From the NCBI GenBank assembly GCA_036525795.1, contig DATCZS010000023.1:11596-75595 (forward strand): a DNA stretch of 64,000 nucleotides, read 5' to 3'. The DNA is from Acidimicrobiia bacterium (lineage in GTDB: Bacteria > Actinomycetota > Acidimicrobiia > Spongiisociales > ZC4RG35). Every line of letters starts with the position of its first letter. Position 1 is the first letter of the stretch. Positions 20,594 to 30,570 of the stretch are shown here, piece by piece. The notes under the pieces were generated by a model. The model made no database searches. It had not been told where the DNA came from and worked only from the letters and a program-made list of their open reading frames with translations. The position numbers were made by a program, and so were the translations under genes.

Positions 20594-20874
20594 GAGGCGG
20601 TCCTCCTCGCGAGTTCCCTGGAAGAACTCAAAGTATACAGCGGGTCCCTGCCCAAACTCAGCCGGCCGAAAGGCAGGTTGGGGGAGGGTACCCCAGAAGA
20701 CCGCAGACTCCCACCGTCGGTCCACCGCCGGCTGCCCCCTCCCGGGGTCCGGCAGCCCGGGTCGAGGGGAGCCCGCATGACGCCGTCGAGGCCATGCCCC
20801 GACCTCCCCGCGGGGCGACGCCGCCCCGCTCCAGCCGACTATCGCTCTGCTTGGGCTCACAAGTACCATCCCCG

Positions 20875-21867
20875 CCCATGCCCGATCTCGTCGACCTCGT
20901 TCCCCTCCCCCGCGTGTGGGACCGCATGGAACGTCTCGAGCGCCGGCTGTTCGAGGTCACCGTCTCCGAGCACGACCACCTCACCGACATCGCCCAGCAT
21001 CTGCTGGCGGCGGGGGGCAAGCGGTACCGCCCGCTGCTCGCCCTGCTCGCCTCCGAGTTCGGACCATCGAACGACGATCGACCGATCGAAGCGGGGGTGG
21101 CCGTCGAACTGATCCACGTCGGCAGCCTCTACCACGACGATGTGATCGACGAAGCCGACACGCGGCGAGGGGCGATCTCTGCCAACACCAACTGGTCGAA
21201 CACCATCGCCATCCTGGCAGGCGACTTCCTCATGGCCCGCGCGTCGGAGACGGCCGCCACCCATCTCTCCAAGGAGTCGGTGCGGCTCCTTGCCGCCACG
21301 TACGCCGAGCTGGTCGAAGGCCAGACGCGAGAACTGGCGCTCGACTTCGACCTCGACCACGGGCTGGACGCATACGAGCGGGTCATCGACCAGAAGACCG
21401 CCTCGCTGATCCGCACCTCCGTTCGGCTCGGGGCGATGGCCGCGGATGCAGACGCAGACACCATCGAGGCGATCTCCACCTGGGCGGGAGAGGTGGGCAT
21501 CGTGTTCCAGATCGCCGACGACGTCCTCGACCTGACCGCCACGTCCGAGACCCTCGGCAAGCCGGCAGGGTCCGACATCCATGAGGGGAAGTTCACCATG
21601 CCCCTGCTCCTCGCCCTGCAGGGGACGGACGGCGAGCGCATCCGCAAATTGCTCGACCAGCCCCGCCCCTACCCCAACGACGCCGTCGACGAGGTGATCG
21701 ACCTGGTGCGCGGCGGAGGGTATGTCGACGCAACGGTGGAAGCGGCACTCCGCCGGCTCGACCGCGCCGACCATGCCCTCGGGGCGCTCCCCGACATCGA
21801 GGCCCTGCCCGTGCTTCAGTCGGTGGGACGGTATCTGGTGGATCGCGTGACGTCGCGGCGAGGCTGA
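20875..21867 (+). CDS. Polyprenyl diphosphate synthase (trans-isoprenyl diphosphate synthase family)
   Basis: First and second Asp-rich motifs ([12 protein letters not shown] and IADDVLD). Internal start MPDLVDLV. Confidence 0.8.
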   Translation, partial: PMPDLVDLVPLPRVWDRMERLERRLFEVTVSEHDHLTDIAQHLLAAGGKRYRPLLALLASEFGPSNDDRPIEAGVAVELIHVGSLYHDDVIDEADTRRGAISANTNWSNTIAILAGDFLMARASETAATHLSKESVRLLAATYAELVEGQTRELALDFDLDHGLDAYERVIDQKTASLIRTSVRLGAMAADADADTIEAISTWAGEVGIVFQIADDVLDLTATSETLGKPAGSDIHEGKFTMPLLLALQGTDGERIRKLLDQPRPYPNDAVDEVIDLVRGGGYVDATVEAALRRLDRADHALGALPDIEALPVLQSVGRYLVDRVTSRRG

Positions 21868-21913
21868 CCGAAACTCTTCAGACCCATCCGAGGAGCGCCG
21901 ATCCTCCAGGTAG

Positions 21914-23320
21914 ATGGACGATCTTCGCCAGCTCTTCCGACAATCGGTCATCGACCGACTCGCCCGGGTCGAACAGCTCACCCGGTCGATCGGTTCTGGC
22001 ACCATCGACGACGTCGAGACGCTGCGACGTCTGGCACGCGCCCTGAGGGACTCGGGCGCAATCCACGACTGCCCGCGCCTCACCGACGCCGCCGCCCGAG
22101 TCGAAGCAGCCACCGGCGACCACCTGTTGACCGAGGCGAGGCACCTGGCGCGTGTGATGCGCGAGATCTCCCACGCCGGGCCGCGCCACCGGGTGCTGAT
22201 CACCGGCGGCGACCCGGCGATCCTCCACATCCTGCAGGCACGCATCGACTCAGACGACCGCAGGGTGGACACGGCGGGGACCCTCGAGGTCGCCCGCCGC
22301 CTGATCCGCGATCAGCCACCCCACCTGATCATCCTGGACGTCGTCCTCCCCGACGGCGACGGACGGACCCTGCTCGATGAGATCCGCCTCGACGAGACGA
22401 CCTCCGCCCTCCCGGTGGTCCTCATCGGCAGGCCGTTCGATCCGGACGAGACCGCTCGCCGGGCGATCGGTCTGCTGGCCGAGGCCTCCACCGTGACCGC
22501 CTGCGAAGGGCGCGGCGCCCTCACCTCTGCCTATCGAAGTCTTCTCCGCCGGGGCCTGCCCATCACCGTTGCCTCCCTCGTGCCCGAGACCCACGGTCCT
22601 GGAGGGCGACCCTCCGATGGTCCCGATACGGCTTTGGCGCCCACGGTGCGCGACGCCGTGGCCGCGGTCGTCGGAACTCGGGCCACCGTGGGGAGCTGGG
22701 ATGGGTCCGACGTCATCGTCGTGTCGCAGCGGTCGCCCGATGAATTGCGCGACGTGCTCGACCGGGTCCGGCTTCGACTCAGGAACGCCGCGCACCCGTT
22801 TCAGGAAGGCGCCCTGGCGAGCTTCTCGGCCGCCATCGTCGCCGACGACGGCGGACGCGGCCTGCATGACACCCACGCCCGGGCGCAGCGGTTCGCCCTC
22901 GACTTCAACCGGGCGGGGGGCGATCGGGTGGCCATCCACTCGGATGCCCCGACCAACCGCCGTGTCCTTCTCGCCGGAGGCGACGCCCTCACCGCCGCCC
23001 TCATCATCCACAGGCTCGAGCAAGAGGGATTCGAGGTGACCCACCACCCTGACGGTGTCTCGGCCATCGAGAGCATCGAAGACGGCGCATTCGGCATGGT
23101 GCTGCTGGACGTCCAGATGCCAGGGACGGAGGGGTTCGAGGTGCTGAGGAGGGTGCGCGCCATGCGACACCTCGACGGCACACCGGTCGTGCTGCTCGCT
23201 GCTGAGGGAGGAGAGCGCGACGTCGTCCGCGGCTTCGCACTGGGGGCAGACGACTACATCCTCAAGCCCTTCTCGCCTGCCGAACTGGCCGCCAGGCTCA
23301 CTCGGCTGACCAGGGACTGA
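21914..23320 (+). CDS. Multi-domain response regulator with an N-terminal Hpt-like helical segment, REC1, a degenerate GGDEF domain and REC2
   Basis: REC1 has LIILDVVLPDGDG, REC2 has VLLDVQMPGTEG...ADDYILKPF. The middle segment matches the C-terminal half of GGDEF (GSWDGSDVIVV in place of RYGGEEF; AQRFALDFNRAGGDRV ~ ADxALYxAKxxGRNRV). Confidence 0.7.
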   Translation: MDDLRQLFRQSVIDRLARVEQLTRSIGSGTIDDVETLRRLARALRDSGAIHDCPRLTDAAARVEAATGDHLLTEARHLARVMREISHAGPRHRVLITGGDPAILHILQARIDSDDRRVDTAGTLEVARRLIRDQPPHLIILDVVLPDGDGRTLLDEIRLDETTSALPVVLIGRPFDPDETARRAIGLLAEASTVTACEGRGALTSAYRSLLRRGLPITVASLVPETHGPGGRPSDGPDTALAPTVRDAVAAVVGTRATVGSWDGSDVIVVSQRSPDELRDVLDRVRLRLRNAAHPFQEGALASFSAAIVADDGGRGLHDTHARAQRFALDFNRAGGDRVAIHSDAPTNRRVLLAGGDALTAALIIHRLEQEGFEVTHHPDGVSAIESIEDGAFGMVLLDVQMPGTEGFEVLRRVRAMRHLDGTPVVLLAAEGGERDVVRGFALGADDYILKPFSPAELAARLTRLTRD

Positions 23321-23419
23321 AACTGCAGGTCCTCAGCTGCGACGACGATCCCACGATCCGCTGCCTGCAGGAGATCGTCCTCGGAAGACGCGAGGTGTGG
23401 CACCGAACGGGCGCCGGGA

Positions 23420-25006
23420 TCAGGACTCGATCGGGCGCAGGGTGGGGAAGAGAATCACGTCACGGATGTGGGTCTGGTCGGTGAGCAGCATCACCAACCG
23501 ATCGACGCCGATCCCGAGACCGCCCGTCGGCGGAAGCCCGTACTCGAGAGCCTGGAGGAAGTCCTCGTCGACGGGATGGGCATCCTCGTCTCCCTCTTCC
23601 TTCGCCCTCGCCTGCGCGTCGAATCGCTCCCGCTGATCGATCGGGTCGTTCAGTTCGGAGAATGCGTTGGCGTACTCCGACCCGGCGATGAACAGCTCGA
23701 AACGCTCGGTGAGGCCATCGTCGCTGCGGTGGCGGCGGGCGAGCGGCGAGATGTCGACCGGGTGGTCCGTCACGAACGTCGGTTCCCAGATCGTGTCCTG
23801 CACGAGTGCCTCGAAGAGCTCGTCGAGGATCTTCCCGTAGCTCCACGCCGGCTCGGGGTCGACGCCGTGCACCCGGGCGATCTCGGCCAGACGGTCACGC
23901 TCGAGCGGAGGCCACACATCCTCTCCCACGGCTTCGGAGACCATGTCGACCAGGCGCACCCTCCGGTACGGTCCGGACAGGTCGACCGGCTTGCCCTGAT
24001 ACTCGATCAGCGTGCTCCCCTTGGCCGCCTCGGCGACGGCCGGCACCACATCCTCGACCAGTCGCATGATGTCGGTGTAGTCGGCGAACGCCTCGTACGA
24101 CTCGAGCGTCGTGAACTCGGGGTTGTGGGTGGCGTCGATGCCTTCGTTCCTGAAGATGCGCCCGATCTCGAACACCCGCTCGAGGCCGCCGACGACCAGA
24201 CGCTTCAGATGGAGCTCGGTGGCGATCCGCAGATACATGTCGAGCCCGAGGGCGTTGTGGTGTGTCACGAAAGGCCGGGCGAGCGCCCCGCCGGCTTCGA
24301 TCTGCAGAACGGGTGTTTCGACCTCGATGTAGCCCCGCTGCTCGAACTGGGCCCGCAGCTCGCTCACCACCCGCGCCCGAGTGATCGCGATCTGCCGCGA
24401 CTCGGGGTTCACCAGCAGGTCGAGGTACCGCCGGCGGGACCGGGTCTCGAGATCTGTGAGTCCGTGCCATTTGTCCGGCAGCGGACGGAGTGCCTTCGAA
24501 AGCAACCGGACGTCCTCGACCCGGATCGACAGCTCGCCCTTCCGCGTCGTGATCACCTCGCCGCGGGCGCCCACCCAGTCCCCCACCTCCAGGCGCTCGG
24601 CCCGGGCAAACCCCTCGGGGCCGAGGGTGTTGGGTTCGCAGAACAGCTGGATGCGTCCCGACTGGTCTTCGACGGTGTGAAAGATGAGCTTGCCGAAGCT
24701 GCGGGCCAGTCGGATCCGACCCGCCACGGCCACAGTTTCGCCCGTGGAGGACCCCGCCTCCAGATCCGGGTAGCGGCGGTGCAGCTCGTCTGCGGTGGCC
24801 GAGCGCTCGTAGCGGGGCGGATAGACCTCGGCGCCTCCGGCCACCCATTCTCCGAGTCGCGCCAGTCGGGCCGCGGTCAGGGGATGCGCGTCGAGCGGCC
24901 CGTCGGTCGGGTGCGAGTGTGTGCCCGGATCCTCGGCCGGATCGATGTCGGGGGGCGGCTGGTTCATGAGAGCAGCAAGCTTGGACGCCGATTCGATGCG
25001 CGCCAA
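23420..25006 (-). CDS. lysS: Lysine--tRNA ligase (class II)
   Basis: OB-fold anticodon-binding domain plus class II motifs 1-3 (FRNEG, GGLGIGVDRLVMLL). Confidence 0.9.
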   Translation of the reverse strand: MARIESASKLAALMNQPPPDIDPAEDPGTHSHPTDGPLDAHPLTAARLARLGEWVAGGAEVYPPRYERSATADELHRRYPDLEAGSSTGETVAVAGRIRLARSFGKLIFHTVEDQSGRIQLFCEPNTLGPEGFARAERLEVGDWVGARGEVITTRKGELSIRVEDVRLLSKALRPLPDKWHGLTDLETRSRRRYLDLLVNPESRQIAITRARVVSELRAQFEQRGYIEVETPVLQIEAGGALARPFVTHHNALGLDMYLRIATELHLKRLVVGGLERVFEIGRIFRNEGIDATHNPEFTTLESYEAFADYTDIMRLVEDVVPAVAEAAKGSTLIEYQGKPVDLSGPYRRVRLVDMVSEAVGEDVWPPLERDRLAEIARVHGVDPEPAWSYGKILDELFEALVQDTIWEPTFVTDHPVDISPLARRHRSDDGLTERFELFIAGSEYANAFSELNDPIDQRERFDAQARAKEEGDEDAHPVDEDFLQALEYGLPPTGGLGIGVDRLVMLLTDQTHIRDVILFPTLRPIES

Positions 25007-25007
25007 A

Positions 25008-25769
25008 TCAATTGCGCTCGTAGATCACGCGGAGCCCCGTGAGCGTGAGGGACTCGTCGACGGCGGTGATGCAGCCGCTCAGCGGGCCGAGCACCGACGC
25101 CAGGCCTCCCGTGGCGACCACCGGAACGTCTGCAGGGAGATCATGATCGGCCTGCACCCGGCGGACGAGGCCGTCGACGAGTCCGACGAAACCAAAGGTG
25201 AGCCCCGACTGCATGGCCTCGACGGTCGACCGCCCGACGACGCGGCCCGGCGGCACGACGTCCACGTCGCGCAGCGACGATGTCGCATCGATCAGCGCAT
25301 CCGCCGAGATCCGGACTCCGGGAGCGATGGCGCCGCCGCAGAACCTCCCGGCCAGATCCACCAGGTCGACGGTGGTGGCGGTACCGAAGTCGACGGTGAT
25401 CACCGGTGCCCCCCAGCGGGAGACGGCCGCAACGGCGTTGGCGACTCGATCGGCCCCCACCTCCCGGGGGTTGTCGAGGTCGATCGGCAGACCGGTCCGA
25501 ACTCCCGGGCCGACCTGAACGACCTTGCCCTGCACCAGGCGGGAAACGGCCCTCCGCACCGCTCCCACCGTCGACGGCACCACGCTGCCGATGATCGCCC
25601 CAGACGGCGTGACGTCGATCCGGCCGAGCATCGCATCGATGGCGATCAGGTACTCGTCCGGGGTCCGGTCGCGGGTGGTGATGCTGAAGTGGTGCTCCAG
25701 GGACTCACCCCGAAACACGCCGAAGGCAGTCGTCGTGTTCCCGACATCGACGGCCAGCAATGTCGTCAC
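25008..25769 (-). CDS. coaX: Type III pantothenate kinase
   Basis: MTTLLAVDVGNTTTAFGVF N-terminus and an ASKHA fold. 253 aa. Confidence 0.85.
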   Translation of the reverse strand: MTTLLAVDVGNTTTAFGVFRGESLEHHFSITTRDRTPDEYLIAIDAMLGRIDVTPSGAIIGSVVPSTVGAVRRAVSRLVQGKVVQVGPGVRTGLPIDLDNPREVGADRVANAVAAVSRWGAPVITVDFGTATTVDLVDLAGRFCGGAIAPGVRISADALIDATSSLRDVDVVPPGRVVGRSTVEAMQSGLTFGFVGLVDGLVRRVQADHDLPADVPVVATGGLASVLGPLSGCITAVDESLTLTGLRVIYERN

Positions 25770-26656
25770 GTTGCGACGGCGGTTCCGGACCCGGCCCGGA
25801 TCCCCCGGTCGGCGACGAAGCGATGCTCCACCTCGTCGAATGCCACGTTGTCGATGAGCCGCACGTCTCCCACCCGGGCGGCGACCGCCAGAAACGCCGG
25901 CCGGGACAGGGCGCTCAGTCGTTCGGCGGTCACCTGATCGGCCAGTTCGACGTATTCCGGTTGGATTCCGCCCGCGTTCAGTTCGCCCTCGACCGCGTGC
26001 TCGAGGACGAGGCCGTCGCGTTCACCTGCCTCGACGAGCTCGGCGGCCAGAAAGAGGCCGCGGCTGATCGCAGCCGCCCTGGTCCGATCGGCGGCAGTGA
26101 GCGCGGCATTGCGGCTGGACATCGCCAGACCCTCCGGCTCGCGGACTGTCGGCCCGGCGACGATCTCCACGGGGACGCTCAGATCCCTGACGAGCGTCCT
26201 GACGACGGCGAGCTGCTGGGCGTCTTTGCGTCCGAACACCGCCACGTCCGGCCGCAGACCGGCGAACAGCTTCGTCACGACCGTGGCGACACCGTCGAAA
26301 TGGCCCTGCCGATACAGGCCCTCCATCCGCTCGGAGACCCCCTCGACGACGACCCTGGTCTGGGGCAGGGCCGGATACATCTCGGCATCGGTCGGAGCGA
26401 AGACCATGTCGGCACCCGCCGTCTGCGCCGCGGAGAGGTCGGCATCGAGATCGCGCGGGTACCGGGCGAGATCATCCGGGTCGTCGAACTGGAGGGGGTT
26501 GACGTACACGGACACCACCACGGTGTCGCCCAGACCCCTGGCTCTTTCGATGAGCGAGCGATGGCCGGCATGAAGGGAGCCCATCGTGGGAACGAGCACC
26601 GTCGTCCCGTGGACTGCGGCCCTGGTCTCGGCGAATGTCGCGAGGACCTCCATCAC
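25766..26656 (-). CDS. panC: Pantoate--beta-alanine ligase
   Basis: PTMGSLHAGH (HIGH-like), KD..Q motif, and length. Confidence 0.85.
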   Translation of the reverse strand: MMEVLATFAETRAAVHGTTVLVPTMGSLHAGHRSLIERARGLGDTVVVSVYVNPLQFDDPDDLARYPRDLDADLSAAQTAGADMVFAPTDAEMYPALPQTRVVVEGVSERMEGLYRQGHFDGVATVVTKLFAGLRPDVAVFGRKDAQQLAVVRTLVRDLSVPVEIVAGPTVREPEGLAMSSRNAALTAADRTRAAAISRGLFLAAELVEAGERDGLVLEHAVEGELNAGGIQPEYVELADQVTAERLSALSRPAFLAVAARVGDVRLIDNVAFDEVEHRFVADRGIRAGSGTAVAT

Positions 26657-27456
26657 TCCGACTCTACGACAGACCGCGCCTCTTCGAGCCTCCCGGCGAG
26701 CCGAGCGGTCACCTGGATCAGCGCCCGGTAGTCCTCGCCCAGACCGGCCCCCAACCGGTCGACGGCCTGCAGCTGCAACGCCACGGTGCGCCAGTCGCCC
26801 CTGGCAACGGGGCCGGTGAGCGTTGCGTCAGCGCCCGCATCGATCACCGCCTCCACCGCCGCTGCGGCCAGAGGCCGGAACGCTTCGAAGGGCACGCCAG
26901 CCGCCTCAGCGAGCTCCCCCGCCATGCCGAGCACCGCAGTGACGAAGTTCGCGGCGGCGCTGGCGGCGGCGTGATACAGCGCCTTGGCATGGTCGGGCAG
27001 CCGGAACGGGATCATGCCGAGGGTCGAGGCGAAGGCTGCGAGCGTATCGGCCACCTCGTCGCCGGCGGTGACTGCGGCCCAGGCACCTTCGAGCGCCGCC
27101 GCCCCGTGCTCGGGATCGGGAAGGGTCATCAGGGGATGGAGCGAACCGACCGCGACACCGGACGCCTCGAGGTCGGCCAGGCTGTCGATGCTGGTGAGAC
27201 CGGACAGGTGGGCCACAGTCGGCCGACCCCGGATGCGGGAGACGAGATCGGCGGCAACTGCGGGAATCGCATCGTCCCGCACCGCCACCACCACCAGGTG
27301 AGCCGGTGGGAGCGGAGCACCCTGCGGGATGACCGACTCGGTGAAGCCGGCCACAACCCGACCGGACGGCCCCGGAACCAGACGCACATCGAAGCCGGCG
27401 CGTCGCGCTGCGATCGCAAACGAGCCTCCGGCTCGCCCGCAGCCGACGATGATCAC
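26653..27456 (-). CDS. Rossmann-fold NAD(P)-binding protein (DUF2520/ketopantoate-reductase-like, Rv3603c-type)
   Basis: N-terminal IIVGCGRAGGSF dinucleotide-binding motif. Its position upstream of panC matches the mycobacterial arrangement. Confidence 0.5.
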   Translation of the reverse strand: MIIVGCGRAGGSFAIAARRAGFDVRLVPGPSGRVVAGFTESVIPQGAPLPPAHLVVVAVRDDAIPAVAADLVSRIRGRPTVAHLSGLTSIDSLADLEASGVAVGSLHPLMTLPDPEHGAAALEGAWAAVTAGDEVADTLAAFASTLGMIPFRLPDHAKALYHAAASAAANFVTAVLGMAGELAEAAGVPFEAFRPLAAAAVEAVIDAGADATLTGPVARGDWRTVALQLQAVDRLGAGLGEDYRALIQVTARLAGRLEEARSVVESE

Positions 27457-27557
27457 TCTGGATCGAGCCTCGCGATCGATTCCAACGCCTCCCGGTCGGG
27501 GCCTGGACGGATCGTACCGGCGGGCCGGGCCGGCGGGACCGCGTATGGTGCTCCGCC

Positions 27558-28262
27558 ATGGACGTGATCCTCTTCGATCTCGACGGCACCTTGGTCGACT
27601 CGACCGAGCCGATTCTCAGCTCGATCAATGCCTCCCTGACCCGGCACGGCCTGGCGACGATCGAACGCACCGAGATCTCCCGGTTCATCGGACCCCCGTT
27701 GCGCCAGGTGCTCTCCGAACTCGTGGCCGAGTCGGGGAACGACCATCGCCTGGTCGATCCGTTGATCGAGACGTACCGAGGGGTGTACGCGGCGGCGTCC
27801 ATCGACCTGGCGCTCGCCTACCCGGGGATCCATGCGCTGTTCGACAGGATGGCCGGACGCGCCCGGCTCGGCGTGGTGACGTCGAAGCCCCGTCGATTCG
27901 CGGTGCCGATCCTGGAGACGCTGGCGCTCTCCCCCTACCTCGAGCTGATCGAAGGGCCGAGATCAGGAGAAGACGAGGAGAAACCCGTGACCCTCGCCCG
28001 GGCGCTGGCCGCCCTCGGGTTGGGAGCCGGACGGGAGGGGGTCTGGATGATCGGCGATCGTCATCACGACATGCGCGCCGGCCGGGCGCTCGGCGTGGGA
28101 TCGATCGGAGTCACCTGGGGGTTCGGCACCGCCTCCGAACTGGAGGCGGCGGGCGCCGACCACCTGGTCGATCGCCCCGATCAGCTCGTTCCTCCTGCCA
28201 CCCCGGGGAGACCGCCCGTTCTCGACCGGCCCCAAGGCGACGGGAGGGTGGCGCCCCTGTGA
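27558..28262 (+). CDS. HAD-family hydrolase (phosphoglycolate-phosphatase-like)
   Basis: FDLDGTLVDS motif I, S/T motif II, and GD..HD motif IV. Confidence 0.75.
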   Translation: MDVILFDLDGTLVDSTEPILSSINASLTRHGLATIERTEISRFIGPPLRQVLSELVAESGNDHRLVDPLIETYRGVYAAASIDLALAYPGIHALFDRMAGRARLGVVTSKPRRFAVPILETLALSPYLELIEGPRSGEDEEKPVTLARALAALGLGAGREGVWMIGDRHHDMRAGRALGVGSIGVTWGFGTASELEAAGADHLVDRPDQLVPPATPGRPPVLDRPQGDGRVAPL

Positions 28263-28292
28263 GCGCCTCAGAAACCTTCAGGACTCAACAGA

Positions 28293-28628
28293 TCACCACG
28301 CCTCTTCCGGCTCGGCGTCGATCTCATCCCAGCGTGCGTCGAGGCGAGCCCGCATCTGGCGGTATCCGTCGCGGCGCTTCCAGAACTTCGTCTTCCAGAC
28401 CCTGAACCTGCGCTTCTCCGGTTCGGTGGCCGTGGCCTCGGGCTGACGGTGACGATCCGATCGCACTTCCGGGAGTCCGGCCAGCTCATCGGGATCTGCG
28501 AGCGTGTGCAGGACCTGGTGGGCCGCATGGCGGGCCTGACGGTGCGAGCGCCGCCGGTCATCGCGACTGGGGCGGAACTCGTCGTATCCCGGAATCGCCT
28601 TGCGGCGATCTCGTGCGCGTCGTGCCAT
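28293..28628 (-). CDS. Hypothetical basic protein
   Basis: ORF with a plausible internal start MARRARDRRKAIPGYDEF. Arg/Lys-rich; no recognisable domain. Confidence 0.3.
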   Translation of the reverse strand: MARRARDRRKAIPGYDEFRPSRDDRRRSHRQARHAAHQVLHTLADPDELAGLPEVRSDRHRQPEATATEPEKRRFRVWKTKFWKRRDGYRQMRARLDARWDEIDAEPEEAW

Positions 28629-28777
28629 CTCGTCCTCCTTGGATCGGTGCGTGTCGAAAGCCCTTTCGTGTCGCACCGTCCGGAGGTCCGCGCTCCGACA
28701 TGGCACGAGCGTACCACCCGCGCCCCACCCTTGATAGAGAGCAATCGGCCCGCGGACCTGATGCGATACCCCCGCCA

Positions 28778-29731
28778 TCACCACAGAAACGGGATGAATC
28801 TCCTTCGAACCGAGTCCCGGTATCGCGGGTAGTCGGGGATGCCGATGGCGAGCGCCTGTTCCTCGACGGCGGACTTGGAACGGAAGAACACGGCGATCGC
28901 CAGCGCCCCGACGAGGGACGGCAGCGACCCGAACAGGATGGCGACACCCGCGAACCCGAGCGCGATCGAACCGTAGATCGGATGGCGAACCAGGCGGTAA
29001 GGGCCTGTCGCCACCAGTGACGCCCCGGGGCGCGGCTGTGGGTATGGGGTCAGCTCAGCCCCGAGCGCGGCGATCGCCGCCGCCCCGAGGATCAGCCCGG
29101 CGCCGCTCAGCGCGCCGCCCATCAGTCCCCGCCAGGCCGGGATCGGCACGCCGGCGGTGGCCACCAGGATGACCCCCCACACCAGGCACAGGATGACCTG
29201 GGCGATGACCCATCGACCGGCGGCCGGACCGAGGTGGGGGGACTCGCTCTGCCAGGCGCCATGCCACCTCTTCACATCCTGGTCGCCGACGAGGGCCAGC
29301 GCCTCTGTGGCGCTCAGCCCGGGAGCCACCGGCGCGTCCGGCCAGACGTCTGCCAGCGGCTCCAGGACGAAGCGACGCTCGACGGCGCGTGGATGCGGGA
29401 CCGACAGGGCGGGGAGTGACACCGGATCCGCCTCCCACGCCACCAGGTCGAGGTCGAGGGTGCGGGGGCCCCATCGCTCGCCGCGCACGCGCCGGGACGA
29501 CCGCTCGATCTCCTGGAGCCGGGACAGCAGCTCGAGGGCGGGAAGATCGGTGTCGACCAGCACCACCGCGTTCAGGTACCGCTCCTGGGCGGGACCGCCC
29601 ACCGGAGCCGTCTCGTACAGGGAGGAAACACCCATGATCGAACCAAGCGATGCCAGCCCTTCATGAGCGGCCCGCAGGTGCGCGAGACGATCTCCCAGGT
29701 TCGACCCGAGGGCGATGGCCGTCTTCGTCAC
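28778..29731 (-). CDS. folK: 2-amino-4-hydroxy-6-hydroxymethyldihydropteridine pyrophosphokinase (FolK) fused to a C-terminal PEMT/ICMT-like membrane methyltransferase domain
   Basis: N-terminal 150 aa are HPPK (IALGSNLGDR...YETAPVG...GPRTLDLDLV). The C-terminal 150 aa have 4 TM segments and GPYRLVRHPIYGS...EEQAL (PEMT/ICMT motif). It is a single continuous frame. Confidence 0.75.
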   Translation of the reverse strand: MTKTAIALGSNLGDRLAHLRAAHEGLASLGSIMGVSSLYETAPVGGPAQERYLNAVVLVDTDLPALELLSRLQEIERSSRRVRGERWGPRTLDLDLVAWEADPVSLPALSVPHPRAVERRFVLEPLADVWPDAPVAPGLSATEALALVGDQDVKRWHGAWQSESPHLGPAAGRWVIAQVILCLVWGVILVATAGVPIPAWRGLMGGALSGAGLILGAAAIAALGAELTPYPQPRPGASLVATGPYRLVRHPIYGSIALGFAGVAILFGSLPSLVGALAIAVFFRSKSAVEEQALAIGIPDYPRYRDSVRRRFIPFLW

Positions 29732-30084
29732 CGGGTCCGGGTGATGGTGACGGCGACGTCTTTGACCGGGACCGGCACCGGAGCATGGGGTTTGTGCACC
29801 GTGACGGTCACCGCTTCGACCTTCGGATCCTCCAGGGCCACGTCGGCCACCCGCTGGGCGACGCGTTCGATGAGATCCCAGCGTTCACCGGCCACGACGT
29901 CGTGAACTCGCCGGGTCAACTCGCCGTAGTCGACGGTGTCATCGAGGTCGTCGCTCGCTGCAGGCGACGACAGGTCGAGGGAGAGCCGGACATCGACGAT
30001 GAAGACCTGGCCGTGCCGCTTCTCTTCGGGGAACACGCCGTGATGGGCCAGGACCTCCATCCCGACGAGGTCGATCCGGTCCAC
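29728..30084 (-). CDS. folB: Dihydroneopterin aldolase
   Basis: 118 aa with FolB signature (GVFPEEKRHGQVF...DYGEL). Confidence 0.85.
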   Translation of the reverse strand: MDRIDLVGMEVLAHHGVFPEEKRHGQVFIVDVRLSLDLSSPAASDDLDDTVDYGELTRRVHDVVAGERWDLIERVAQRVADVALEDPKVEAVTVTVHKPHAPVPVPVKDVAVTITRTR

Positions 30085-30087
30085 CGT

Positions 30088-30570
30088 TCAAACCCGCGGC
30101 TCGGGGATCAGCGCCCGCCCCTCCGGACCGAGCGGCCGGCCGAGGATCTCCTGGATGATGGCAGCGGCCAGGATCCGGTCGTCCAGCAGCTTCGAGGCGA
30201 TGAGGTAGCCGCCGATGAGCCCGGCCACCGTGTCGTCGATGATCTCGCGGTGGACCAGGACCCGGGCGCCCGGGCGCTTCAAGAGCTCGTCGAGGGTCTG
30301 GTAGAGCCTGGCGGCGTCGCCCGGCGTGAGATCGGAGGGAATCGGCACGGAGTGGCTTTCGAGCCCTGCAGCCGAATACGCCTGCAGGTTCTGGTTGCCG
30401 GCGAGGAGGGTGACGACATGGGTGATCTTCGCCTCCTTGACGAGCCAGCTGATCTCCTCTTCGCGGCGAACCCGCCGATGCTGGAAGCCGTAGCCTCCGA
30501 TGCGCTCGGAGACGGCGAGACGGTCGGCGATGACCCATGTGAATCCGCGTGGCTTGAGTCCGGTGATCAT
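30088..30570 (-). CDS. Hypothetical protein with a dual-specificity-phosphatase-like fold lacking the catalytic Cys
   Basis: Start [10 protein letters not shown] overlaps the folP stop. LVHREIIDDTVAG aligns to the VHCxAGxxRS P-loop with Cys→Arg. It lies between folB and folP. Confidence 0.4.
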   Translation of the reverse strand: MITGLKPRGFTWVIADRLAVSERIGGYGFQHRRVRREEEISWLVKEAKITHVVTLLAGNQNLQAYSAAGLESHSVPIPSDLTPGDAARLYQTLDELLKRPGARVLVHREIIDDTVAGLIGGYLIASKLLDDRILAAAIIQEILGRPLGPEGRALIPEPRV

